From: Bdellovibrionales bacterium
Lineage (GTDB): Bacteria > Bdellovibrionota > Bdellovibrionia > Bdellovibrionales > UBA1609
Reading direction: 5' to 3'
Assembly: GCA_965261545.1 (NCBI GenBank)
Contig: CBDHDF010000011.1
Coordinates: 448,001-512,000, forward strand
DNA: 64,000 nucleotides
Both the position numbers and the translations under genes were made by a program. The notes below the pieces were generated by a model. That model was not told the DNA's origin. It saw only the letters and a program-made list of their open reading frames with translations, and did no database searches. Shown piece after piece: positions 31,337 through 40,595 of this stretch. Within the stretch, counting starts at the first letter, position 1; every line of letters starts with the position of its first letter.

Positions 31337-32847
31337 TCCTTATGCCAATCCCATAGGTTGAAGCTGCCATCAAAGTAATTCATCTCTTTGAGTTTATATT
31401 TACCTTTGGCACAGTAAACCATTCTTGTGTGCATGAGAGGCAAGATCATATAATTTTTTAGGAGCCCAAAATGAACCTCTTTAAGGAGGGAGATATATTT
31501 TGATCTATCGATTTCATTTTTTGACTTGTTTAAAAGTTCATTTAACTCTTTGTTGTCAGCGAAGAAGTTAAACAAAGGGTGATTGAATAAATAGATCATT
31601 TCCACAATGGGGTCCAAAGCGCTGACTCCAGAGTATATATACAAAAGGTCATATTCCTTTTTTTGTAAGAGGAGTGAATCACTCTTGGCATCTGAGAAAA
31701 TAATATTTAAATTCACACCAAAATCTTTGAGCTTCTCTTTTATCATAAAAGGTATAGGGCTTTCACCCATAATACTAAGGAGAAGTAAATTTATCTCCAA
31801 TTTCTCTTTTGTGGGCTGTGAATCATATAATTTTTCAATCTTTGATTCTTGAATTCTTGATATATTATTTTTTGTAAAAATTTGATCTGTTCTTTCTGCA
31901 ATTTCTTCATTGATTTTAGTATTTTTAAAGGCTTTCTTGATAAGAGAAAAAATATGTTTTCTTTTATCGTCAGTGTTCATTTTGTCAGAATTAACATTTG
32001 GAAGAAAGAATTCTGTGAGAGCAAATGCGCTGAGGTACTTTTGACCATCCAGATCCAAATATTTGATGCTCTTGGCATAATGGGACCCAACAAGTACGAT
32101 ATCATCTGCTTTACTGTAGTAGTCCATGGCCTCTTGCGTGTCGCCTATTTCAACGATATTGACTTTATCAGGGGAATCATCCCTGAGCAAAGGGTGGGAT
32201 GAGTGTCTTTTTAGGCTCATTTTTTGAGATGTGAAATTTGTTACCTGATAAGGTCCAGATAAATTGCTAAGATTTTCCTTTGAAGGGTTGTCTGGATAAT
32301 CCTTGGGAGCGACACTCATTTCTGGAATACTTAATTTATAGATGAGCGCATTGAGTGGGTTTTTGAGCTTTATTTCTATGGTGTTCCCATTGAGGGTCAT
32401 AGATTCATTAATATCTGCGCTTAACAAGGATTTGTAGATGTCTGAATGCTTCATCTTTGGAGAGGAGATGGCACGCTTCAGGCTCAAGAGAGTATCTTCA
32501 GGGGTAATGGGGGCGCCATCATGAAATATGTATTTACCAGATAAAGATAGGTTGAGGGTCTTTTTATCTTTGGAAAAAGACCAACCATCTGCCAGAGCAG
32601 TCTTTACGTCGGAGTTATTTCCAACTCGAACCACTGTTTCACCAATATTATTCAGTATGAAGATGCTCCAAAGGCTGGCTCCATCGGAGATATTCCACGA
32701 TCTTTCAAAGTGAAGGTTGGGAAAAATCACAGTGAGCTTATCTGGTGAAGAATTTTCTTGGTCATGGTTCTTATGATTCACAATAACTCCAATCAATACA
32801 ATAGCAATAATAGCGCAGACAAGAGTGCCAAGAAAAATTCTTCTCAT
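31333..32847 (-). CDS. family 5 (OppA/DppA-like) solute-binding protein with N-terminal anchor
   Basis: LADGWSFSKDKKT, FHDGAPITPED...SL, SGPY and LPLMH motifs. No permease or ATPase gene nearby. Confidence 0.85.
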   Translation of the reverse strand: MRRIFLGTLVCAIIAIVLIGVIVNHKNHDQENSSPDKLTVIFPNLHFERSWNISDGASLWSIFILNNIGETVVRVGNNSDVKTALADGWSFSKDKKTLNLSLSGKYIFHDGAPITPEDTLLSLKRAISSPKMKHSDIYKSLLSADINESMTLNGNTIEIKLKNPLNALIYKLSIPEMSVAPKDYPDNPSKENLSNLSGPYQVTNFTSQKMSLKRHSSHPLLRDDSPDKVNIVEIGDTQEAMDYYSKADDIVLVGSHYAKSIKYLDLDGQKYLSAFALTEFFLPNVNSDKMNTDDKRKHIFSLIKKAFKNTKINEEIAERTDQIFTKNNISRIQESKIEKLYDSQPTKEKLEINLLLLSIMGESPIPFMIKEKLKDFGVNLNIIFSDAKSDSLLLQKKEYDLLYIYSGVSALDPIVEMIYLFNHPLFNFFADNKELNELLNKSKNEIDRSKYISLLKEVHFGLLKNYMILPLMHTRMVYCAKGKYKLKEMNYFDGSFNLWDWHKE

Positions 32848-33131
32848 TTCTCGTCAAGGCAAACTGTAACTGGACGATTTTCTGCCAACTCAAGTATGGG
32901 TTCAATATGCGATGGATCAACAGGTACGACCTCACTGGTTTCTTCTAGGCAAATTATGATCTCTTTATTTTTATCAAAAATTTGATAGCATCCTGGTTCC
33001 AAAATGTTTATGTCCTCCTCTTGTTCTGAGCCTTGAGATCCTGGGCCTTGAGAATAGCCAGCGTTGGCCAAGAACATAGGGGTTAAGATAAAAGAACCGA
33101 TTGCAAGTAGGCATATTTTTAATATTTTCAT
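32844..33131 (-). CDS. 95-aa secreted protein, candidate peptide precursor
   Basis: GGAGG RBS. Sec-type signal ending ANA, then GYSQGPGSQGS and an acidic region with 3 Cys. ATGA overlap with the SBP gene. Confidence 0.75.
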   Translation of the reverse strand: MKILKICLLAIGSFILTPMFLANAGYSQGPGSQGSEQEEDINILEPGCYQIFDKNKEIIICLEETSEVVPVDPSHIEPILELAENRPVTVCLDEK

Positions 33132-33177
33132 GACTATTCCTCCATATATTATTTTTATTGGTTGTTTGGTTGTTTGT

Positions 33178-34758
33178 TTATTGTTGGTATGTCTTTTCTT
33201 TACTCAATGAAACATTGTATCTATCCATTTTGGATAAAATATTAGATTCCGAGATACCCAAGAGTTGAGCCATCTCTTTTTTGGTCTGACATCTTAGAGA
33301 GGCTTCTTCGAGAAGTTTTTTCTCAAACATTCTCTTGAACTCTTTGATCCCTGGGAATTTTTCAGTTAAAAAACGAGTGGGTAGACTCTCAAAATCCGAG
33401 TATTCAATATACTCGGTGGGTTTTTTGCTATGAAACACAGACTTTCTTGAAACCCCTAAGATAATTTTCCAATTAGAAAAATCCAAAGCCCCATTCCTGT
33501 CAGATTTAGAGCTTATCATAAGTCTTTCAAGGTCATTTCTGATTCCTCGGATGTTAAAGGGTATATTGTCTCGATGGAGATATTCCTTTAAGTCATCGGG
33601 AAGATCTTCATAGGAAAAAATTTTTCTCAGATTCTCTTTCTGAAGGTTATTGATAATAGATTGACAGATATGGGGGATGTCCTCCTTTCGTTCTTCAAGG
33701 GGTGGGAGGGGGATATCAAAGGTGCAGATTCTCGCATATAAATCTTCACGAAATTCCTTTTTCTCCACCATCTCTTTTAGATTTTTGTTTGTGGCAAGGA
33801 TAATGCGGGCCGTAGTGGTGAAATTTTTATTCCCCCCCACGCGGCAAAATTCTCGTTCCTCAATCACCTTTAAGAGCTTGGCTTGAACCTCAAGGCTTGC
33901 TTCTCCAATTTCATCAAGAAACAGGTCCCCACCATTGGCGAGTTCAAAAAGCCCCTGTTTTGCTGTGTTAGCCCCAGTAAAAGCCCCTCGTTCGTGGCCA
34001 AAGAGTGTGCTGTCGGCAAGGTCTTTGGGTATATTTGCCATATTGATATTAAAAAAGGGGCGGTTCTTTTGCTGTAGAAACACAGCTCTCAAAGATCCAA
34101 GTCTCTTAGCTGCCACTGTTTTTCCTAGACCTGACTCACTCAAGAATAAAACAGGTGTGGAGTATTGGGCCAGTGTTTTCAGTTGTATCTCTATGCCTTG
34201 CATAGCTGAAGATTTATAAACATATGCTCCCATGGGCTGTTTATCCATCATTTTTTCTCGAACTCTTTGGAGTTCTAGCTTGGCTTTTTTGAGGGCTTTG
34301 AGAATTTGGGCATTTCTGTATGCCAGATAGTCGGGACTCGTGCTTTTCACAACATATCCACAGGCTCCCATTTGTATGGCCTCCACGGCAAGCCTTGTAT
34401 CATCATGGCCCGTCACCACAAGAATCTGGGTGGCAGGCTGAATATCAAGTATCTCTTGAATGTGCTGCATTCCATCTACATTTATCCCGCGATCATCCAC
34501 GCCGAGGTCACGATCCAATAGGATGACATGCAATGTTTGTCTACGAAGTATTGAGAAGGCATCACTTATGTTTGAAGCTAGGTGAATATTAATTTCATTA
34601 AAGGAAAGCTCCAATTTTTGAAGAAGATCCATCACACTCATTCGGTTCACTTTGAGCGCTGATTCCTCATCATCAATAATGAGGACACTCACTTTAGGAT
34701 CTTTATGCTCATGCTCATGGTTTCTCATTGGGCCAAGCCTCCTGTTAGAAAAATTCAA
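33178..34758 (-). CDS. NtrC-family sigma54-dependent response regulator
   Basis: Receiver (IIDDE, LLD, K), ESGLGKT, intact GAFTGA, FLDEIG, FREDLYAR, C-terminal HTH. Confidence 0.92.
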   Translation of the reverse strand: MNFSNRRLGPMRNHEHEHKDPKVSVLIIDDEESALKVNRMSVMDLLQKLELSFNEINIHLASNISDAFSILRRQTLHVILLDRDLGVDDRGINVDGMQHIQEILDIQPATQILVVTGHDDTRLAVEAIQMGACGYVVKSTSPDYLAYRNAQILKALKKAKLELQRVREKMMDKQPMGAYVYKSSAMQGIEIQLKTLAQYSTPVLFLSESGLGKTVAAKRLGSLRAVFLQQKNRPFFNINMANIPKDLADSTLFGHERGAFTGANTAKQGLFELANGGDLFLDEIGEASLEVQAKLLKVIEEREFCRVGGNKNFTTTARIILATNKNLKEMVEKKEFREDLYARICTFDIPLPPLEERKEDIPHICQSIINNLQKENLRKIFSYEDLPDDLKEYLHRDNIPFNIRGIRNDLERLMISSKSDRNGALDFSNWKIILGVSRKSVFHSKKPTEYIEYSDFESLPTRFLTEKFPGIKEFKRMFEKKLLEEASLRCQTKKEMAQLLGISESNILSKMDRYNVSLSKEKTYQQ

Positions 34759-34820
34759 GAGAAGTCGTTGTTTGGATATTTTTGAAAAATTATTTTATTT
34801 ATTTTTAAAAGTTATTGTTT

Positions 34821-34849
34821 CTTTTATACCTTTCCGGCCTCTTTGTCAA
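34821..34849 (-). promoter_or_regulatory. possible sigma70 promoter for the regulator/YcaO operon
   Basis: TTGACA-N17-TAAAAG on the minus strand. Confidence 0.4.
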
Positions 34850-34890
34850 GAGAAGATCGAGAGAAATTATTACATGCTCTATTTTTGTAT

Positions 34891-34935
34891 ATTCTGAAAA
34901 CAGAACTTTTCAATTATAAATTCTAAAAATAGAAT
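34891..34935. promoter_or_regulatory. tandem palindromes, candidate bEBP enhancer sites
   Basis: ATTCTGAAAACAGAAC (34891-34906) and ATTCTAAAAATAGAAT (34920-34935). Confidence 0.55.
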
Positions 34936-34989
34936 AATTCAAGATATCAAGAATTAAGTATATTCAATAACTTAGCTTATTTTCAGAGT

Positions 34990-35005
34990 TGGCAAGAAAC
35001 ATGCA
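34990..35005 (+). promoter_or_regulatory. sigma54 -24/-12 promoter facing the sigma/transfer operon
   Basis: TGGCAAGAAACATGCA (GG-N10-GC). IHF-like ATTCAATAACTTA at 34962-34974. Confidence 0.65.
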
Positions 35006-35198
35006 ATAGATATTCCTGAAGTCTATTTCTTAGCGACGACATGATTCTTTGTCATATCAGTCTCACTCAAGAAATAAGCGTCGAAGAAAATTTCCCCCCT
35101 ATAAATGGGTATTTGTTAACCCCCTAGAGGGCTACTGTTAACCCCCCCCCGTGTACAATCACCGTATATGAGGGGGTAAAAAAATATAAAGCAGAAAT

Positions 35199-35855
35199 AT
35201 GAATAAATTTTACACACCTGAGATCGTAGCAATGGCATGCAATTTTACAGCATCTCGGTGGAAGGAAGAAAATGAAACCTTAACCCTTCATGCACTGAAG
35301 GCACACTATGTGGAGATATCAATGAAAAAGAACAAGATAAGCCAACCTTGGATGAATCATAAGAATCAATTGAAATCTAACAAAGAGATATTAGAAATAT
35401 GCCCCCATTGGTCAACGGGGCAGTGGGAGGGGTATCTTTCTTCCACTGATGGAAAGCGTACAGAAAGCCTTATGGAGGACGCACACTTTACAGAAAATAC
35501 CTCTCAAGAAGATTATAAGAGCGTCCTCCCCTCGGCTTCAAAAGAGAAGAACCTTAAGCTCCTAAAGGAAACTTTGGGTGAAATTCTCAAACAACTTTCA
35601 GATAACCAAAGGCAAGTCATTCATTGCCTTTTCTGGGAAAACCTTAGCTTTGGTGAGATATCAAAAGAACTTGGCGTCAGTCGAGTGGCCATCCTGCAAA
35701 CAAAAGACCGTGCTCTTAAAAAAATATCTAAACTCTTATTGAAGGAAGTTTCAAGAAGAAATGGAAGCTTTGAGGAGGTGAAAACCAAAAAACAGTGTTT
35801 AAAATCAAAATCTAAAAATTCTTATTCCAATACAGATCCAATGGTAGCCAGCTAG
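35199..35855 (+). CDS. sigma70 region-4 HTH protein
   Basis: LSDNQRQVI...ENLSFGEISKELGVSRVAI...RALKKI. Confidence 0.8.
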   Translation: MNKFYTPEIVAMACNFTASRWKEENETLTLHALKAHYVEISMKKNKISQPWMNHKNQLKSNKEILEICPHWSTGQWEGYLSSTDGKRTESLMEDAHFTENTSQEDYKSVLPSASKEKNLKLLKETLGEILKQLSDNQRQVIHCLFWENLSFGEISKELGVSRVAILQTKDRALKKISKLLLKEVSRRNGSFEEVKTKKQCLKSKSKNSYSNTDPMVAS

Positions 35856-35937
35856 AGGATAAATCAGTTGGCTACAATAAATAAAGGCATAGATAAAAAG
35901 TAACGATTCACCCTTTTCTTCTGGAGGTCATAAATTT

Positions 35938-36207
35938 ATGACTATGAAAACTAGATTTTTAATTGAAGATGATATGATTGTAAGATCACTTGTGAAGCAA
36001 CTTCCTCGCCAACAACGCAAAGCTATTCTGCTTCGCTTTTGGAAGGATTACTCCTTACCTGAAATTGCAATGAACCTAAACATCACCACAAAGAAAGCTT
36101 CTAAATTATTAAAGAAAGGATTGTTGAAAATAAAATTTGGGTGCATAGAGCATCCAAATTTTTTAAAGTCAGCAAAGTGTTCTTTTGGAAGAAATGAAAT
36201 TCACTAA
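35938..36207 (+). CDS. small sigma70 region-4-like protein
   Basis: LPRQQRKAILLRFW..YSLPEIA..LNIT. Confidence 0.7.
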   Translation: MTMKTRFLIEDDMIVRSLVKQLPRQQRKAILLRFWKDYSLPEIAMNLNITTKKASKLLKKGLLKIKFGCIEHPNFLKSAKCSFGRNEIH

Positions 36208-36230
36208 AAATTATTTGAAGGAGATTACCC

Positions 36231-36674
36231 ATGGTAAATGTATTTGATATATTTAAAGGTCACAGGAATAAGGATGGGAAAGTTCAAAGAATCAGAAAAT
36301 TAGGTCATGCCTACTATTGTGAAGATTCTGGCTTCTGCGAAGTCAAGATTCATGGGTCTAGTGACTCACAATATATTTTAGAGGCTGAAAACAGTGTTCT
36401 CAAAGACTATGACTACAATATATTTTACGAGGACCTCGAAAATAAAGATTTGGAACGAGTGGGAGTGGGCTACCTTTTGCATGGGCCTAATGTGGGACTG
36501 GTTCGTCTTGAATGGGATTCTTACGATAACTCTGATGCTTATATCGACTTGTCGCCCTCTTCACCTCATTCCTCCTCTCGATTAGAAAATTCGCAAACCA
36601 TTCAAAATTCTCAAGATCCTCAAGGATCTCAAGAATCTCAAAACTTTGAAATTTTTGTGAAAGAAATTGCCTAG
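36231..36674 (+). CDS. hypothetical protein
   Basis: GAAGGAG RBS. Beta-rich, weakly similar to the next ORF (G.A.Y...G...KI...VG.G). Confidence 0.6.
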   Translation: MVNVFDIFKGHRNKDGKVQRIRKLGHAYYCEDSGFCEVKIHGSSDSQYILEAENSVLKDYDYNIFYEDLENKDLERVGVGYLLHGPNVGLVRLEWDSYDNSDAYIDLSPSSPHSSSRLENSQTIQNSQDPQGSQESQNFEIFVKEIA

Positions 36675-36789
36675 TGATGGGCTCTATCCATCCCTTCCGG
36701 GCGAAAGGTTCAAAGGAAAAAACTAAGACTAAAGCTAAAGCCTATATCAACATCAACTTTAAAAACTATAATTTTATGGAGGCATTGAC

Positions 36790-37188
36790 ATGAGTAACAT
36801 TGACATGAGTAACAAAAAAAATAATCACTCTCTCTCTAAGAAAAGATCAAATGAGGTTCTCATTTTAGGTTGGATGGACCCAAGAAATGATATTGTTCAC
36901 CATGCTGGAGTGGCTTTTTACAATCCAAACTATGGTGAGTATCTCTTAAAGATTGATGAAGAGCCCAATGAGAAGCAATACTTTTTAAAAGCCTTTGAGT
37001 GCAGTGATGATGGGTCCACCAGCTACAGAATGGAACTTGTCATCAAGCGCAAGAATGGCCAATTTCTCAAGCGTAAACTTGTAGGCTTAGGGCATCGCCA
37101 CAAAGGAACTTATGGGAATGTCTTTATTGACTACGGGTCCAAGTTTAAAACTCTTGTGCTGTACCTCAAGGAATATCCATGTGTTTAA
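36790..37188 (+). CDS. hypothetical protein
   Basis: GGAGG RBS. Overlaps the pilin gene start. Confidence 0.6.
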   Translation: MSNIDMSNKKNNHSLSKKRSNEVLILGWMDPRNDIVHHAGVAFYNPNYGEYLLKIDEEPNEKQYFLKAFECSDDGSTSYRMELVIKRKNGQFLKRKLVGLGHRHKGTYGNVFIDYGSKFKTLVLYLKEYPCV

Positions 37189-37481
37189 GAAGCCTAGGAC
37201 TTATATGTCTACTCATGGGAATTTTTCTTTTGTCTAAGGACTTCACCTTGGCAGGTCTAGGGGGCATCGGTTTTGAAAGTCGTATTCAGAGCCTCACTAA
37301 TAGTCTTATATCGGTGATGCTGCCCACCATTGCCATTTTAGGGTTGGTTTACGCCGCTATTCAAGCGGCCATGGGGGATGAGGGAGCAAAAAAGCGAATG
37401 CTCCTCGTGATTGTTGCCTGTATGATTGGTTTTCTTGCCCCTATGATTATTCGCTGGTTTCAATCGGCGGTGGGAGGGTGA
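37179..37481 (+). CDS. VirB2/TrbC-like pilin
   Basis: 100 aa with a signal peptide and two hydrophobic helices, upstream of VirB3/VirB4. Confidence 0.7.
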   Translation: MCLRSLGLICLLMGIFLLSKDFTLAGLGGIGFESRIQSLTNSLISVMLPTIAILGLVYAAIQAAMGDEGAKKRMLLVIVACMIGFLAPMIIRWFQSAVGG

Positions 37482-37612
37482 TAGCAAAAAAAATGACAAA
37501 TGCTAAATGGTGGATGCATCTAGGTGATGGAGATTATTCGTGAGAGGGAGATCATCCGTGAGAGGATAATGAGATATGAATATGATAGAGATCAGGCAAG
37601 GGGGCTTAAATA

Positions 37613-37963
37613 ATGGAGATCAGAAGATCGGAAGTGCACCGAAATCTTGATGCTAAGTTTAAGGTTGGGGGGCTTGAGGCCCTCGACCTTTTTATTTCTC
37701 TTATTCTTGGAGCCATTATGAGCCTTTGTTTTTCTGAAACAATTTTAGAATTTCCCATGGTTTTTGGAATTCCCATGCTGGTTCTTGCCATCTTGTACTT
37801 TGGGAAAAGAGGCAAGCCCGAAGGTTTCCTACTTGATACTCTTCGCTTTTATCTTGAGCCAGGTTTTTTCTCATCGGGGCAAGAGCCAAGGGAAATTTAT
37901 CGGATGAGGAAAAAAATTTATGATAATTCCTCCTACAAAGAAAACCAATGCAAGAAACTGTAA
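37613..37963 (+). CDS. VirB3-like membrane protein
   Basis: Two TM segments, VHRNLD...GGLE N-terminus, directly before VirB4. Confidence 0.6.
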   Translation: MEIRRSEVHRNLDAKFKVGGLEALDLFISLILGAIMSLCFSETILEFPMVFGIPMLVLAILYFGKRGKPEGFLLDTLRFYLEPGFFSSGQEPREIYRMRKKIYDNSSYKENQCKKL

Positions 37964-37984
37964 AACACCAATGCAAAAAAACAA

Positions 37985-40546
37985 ATGAAAGGAAGTCCAA
38001 TGAAAAAAAACCACATGAAAGGAAATCAGAACTCTATGGATGCCCTCGCAAGTGAGTTGGAATTTTGGCACTTTGATGAAGATATAATGGTTTTTAGGGA
38101 TGGGTCCCTTGGGAGCGGCTTCCAGCTCTCAGGCTTTGATATGACCTGCGCCACCAATGAGCAAATCAATCAAATGACCCAGCACCTTGAAGACCTTATG
38201 GTGGCCTCAGAAGAAGGGCTTAAGTTTCAAGTTCTTTACAAACTCTCCCCTTATGTTGAGAAACTTATTGAGGATCACCGAAAGCTGTCTGAGAAAATAG
38301 AAGGACCTTACCAGAGAGTCGTCCAGGCTCGCCTCGGGTTCTATCGTCAAAACCAGATGGAGAAGAAATACTTTTTCCCTGAGATTTACTTCTTTGTTCG
38401 CAGCCAGCCCTTGGGAACTCAAAAACAGGGGCTTTTTTCTTCAAGCCACCACTTTACCTCTCTCCTAGAAAAAGACTTTGAGCAGGGAAAAAGAAAATTT
38501 ATGCGTTCTCTTCATCAGGTGGAGTCTCACCTTGTTTCCGCAGGGCTAAGCCCCAAGCCTTTGGTCCGTGAAGCTTGGTTCCAGCTTATTTTTGAACACC
38601 TCAATTTCGAGAGGTTTGAACGAAGCCCGGAGGGGCGAAGGGAAAAAGTAGACATTCCCCATTATCGTCCACCTAAAACCCTCTTTGACCCTTCCGTAAG
38701 TGAGCAACTCACTCTCACTGATTTCATATGGGATAAAGATGCTATCTCTATGGGAGGCTATAAATTTCGCACACTCAGTCTTGCCACCCTCCCCGAAGGA
38801 CAAACTTGGGCCTCCATGGCTCATGTTTTTTCCACGCTGCCCTTTCACTTTTGGATAAGTCAGTCCATTCATCTCTTGAACCAGAGGAAAGAAAAAGGCT
38901 CCCTAGAACTCAAGAGAAGAATCGCCTACTCCATGGCTTCGGGAAGTCAGAATGTCAGTGACCTTGATTCAGAGAACAAGTTAGGGCAAATAGAAGGGCT
39001 CTTGTCCCATCTTATTGAAGGTTCAGAGAGATTGGTTTCTTCAGACTTTAATGTGATTATTTGGGCAAAATCTCAAGAAGAGCTTGATGATAAAACCGAC
39101 GAGATTTTTAAAACCTTTCGTTTGCTCAACCAAGCTGAGGGATTGCAAGAGACCTTGGCTGGAAAAACAGCTTTTCTTAAATCTCTTCCAGGATGTTGCG
39201 AGGGACTTCGTCACAAGAAGATGAAGTCCAGTAATGCCGCCCACCTTATGCCGGTCTTTGCCAATTGGCGAGGAAACCCAAGGCCCGTATGTCTCCTTCC
39301 CACAAGAGATGGGGAGCTTTTCTCACTGGACCCCTACGCCGAACACCTTCCCTCATGGAATGGCATTGTTTTTGGCTCCTCAGGAAGTGGCAAGAGTTAC
39401 ACGCTGGTTCAACTTATGGCCATGTTCTATGGAAAGGTCACCCGTAGTCCATCGGGAAAAGTTCATAGGCCAAGAATTGTGTGGATTGACAACGGGGCTT
39501 CATCGAAAAGGCTCATTGAAGTTCTAGATGGTGAATTTGTGGATTTTAGCTTGGAGTCGGATTTGTGCCTTAATGTGTTTGACCTCAAGAAGGGGGAAAC
39601 CCAACCAAGTTCCCATAGAGTTCGCACCATCCTCGCCGTGCTTGAAATGATTCTCAAGGATGAAGATCAAAAAAGTCTTGGCAAGAGGGAGAAGGCTCTT
39701 TTAGAAGAGCAGATTTATAAAGTCTATAAAATTCATAGTGAAGAAGAGCGCGAAGAATATGGAGAAGAGCTAAGAAAATTGCCAACACTGTCTGATTTTA
39801 AATCCCTCTTAGATGGTCATCGTGACCCTAAGATGAGGCGGTTTGGAGAAATCCTCTATAGTTGGACAGGTTCTTCATCTTATGGTCACATGCTTGATGG
39901 TTCCACCAATGTGAAGCTCTCAGAAGACCTTGTCTCTGTGGAAGTTCGCCACTTAAATGACTACCCCGACCTTAAGGATGTCATACTTTTGATTTTAACA
40001 TCTTATATTCAAGATGTGGCTTCGTCGGATATCGAAAGGGAGTATCTTCTGATTATTGACGAAGCAGAAAGACTCTTACAATCAGAGCTAGCAAGGCAGG
40101 TGGTTATCACCTGTTATCGCACTTGGCGAAAATTTAAAAGTGGCATTTGGTGTCTGAGTCAGAATTACAAAGACTTTATGATGGATGACTCCCTTAAAGA
40201 CGCTCTGATGACCAACACCACCAATATTATTATCCTTCCTCAGCGTAAAATTGACTGGAATCATTTCCAGCAAACCTTTGACTTCAATGATGTTCAGGTG
40301 GAGCGAATCAAGAGCTTATCCATATGCAAAGGGGAGTACAGTGAAATGTATTACCTTCAAGGAGATAGGGACACCATTTTACGGTTGACTCCCGAACCCT
40401 TGAGTCATTGGTTTTCCACATCCGATGCCAACCACAAGACTCGCATCTCCCATGTCGAGACTGAGTTTCCAGAGATGAGTCAACTGGATGTTTTGGAGTA
40501 TTTGGCTTTTTCACAACCAGAGGGTGAGGAGGCCAAAGAGCCCTGA
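37985..40546 (+). CDS. virB4: VirB4/TraC-like T4SS ATPase
   Basis: 853 aa. GSSGSGKS, IDNGAS, LNVFD, IIDEAE and RK...LSQ motifs. Confidence 0.88.
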   Translation: MKGSPMKKNHMKGNQNSMDALASELEFWHFDEDIMVFRDGSLGSGFQLSGFDMTCATNEQINQMTQHLEDLMVASEEGLKFQVLYKLSPYVEKLIEDHRKLSEKIEGPYQRVVQARLGFYRQNQMEKKYFFPEIYFFVRSQPLGTQKQGLFSSSHHFTSLLEKDFEQGKRKFMRSLHQVESHLVSAGLSPKPLVREAWFQLIFEHLNFERFERSPEGRREKVDIPHYRPPKTLFDPSVSEQLTLTDFIWDKDAISMGGYKFRTLSLATLPEGQTWASMAHVFSTLPFHFWISQSIHLLNQRKEKGSLELKRRIAYSMASGSQNVSDLDSENKLGQIEGLLSHLIEGSERLVSSDFNVIIWAKSQEELDDKTDEIFKTFRLLNQAEGLQETLAGKTAFLKSLPGCCEGLRHKKMKSSNAAHLMPVFANWRGNPRPVCLLPTRDGELFSLDPYAEHLPSWNGIVFGSSGSGKSYTLVQLMAMFYGKVTRSPSGKVHRPRIVWIDNGASSKRLIEVLDGEFVDFSLESDLCLNVFDLKKGETQPSSHRVRTILAVLEMILKDEDQKSLGKREKALLEEQIYKVYKIHSEEEREEYGEELRKLPTLSDFKSLLDGHRDPKMRRFGEILYSWTGSSSYGHMLDGSTNVKLSEDLVSVEVRHLNDYPDLKDVILLILTSYIQDVASSDIEREYLLIIDEAERLLQSELARQVVITCYRTWRKFKSGIWCLSQNYKDFMMDDSLKDALMTNTTNIIILPQRKIDWNHFQQTFDFNDVQVERIKSLSICKGEYSEMYYLQGDRDTILRLTPEPLSHWFSTSDANHKTRISHVETEFPEMSQLDVLEYLAFSQPEGEEAKEP

Positions 40547-40595
40547 AATTCAAGAATATGAAACCAAAAGGTCATGAAGTCAAGGAGTGATGAAC

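Noticed and set aside
30314..33131. Classical antibiotic RiPP cluster or ABC peptide importer
   Set aside because: No dehydrogenase, E1-like/TfuA partner, protease, exporter, permease or ABC ATPase is in the locus.
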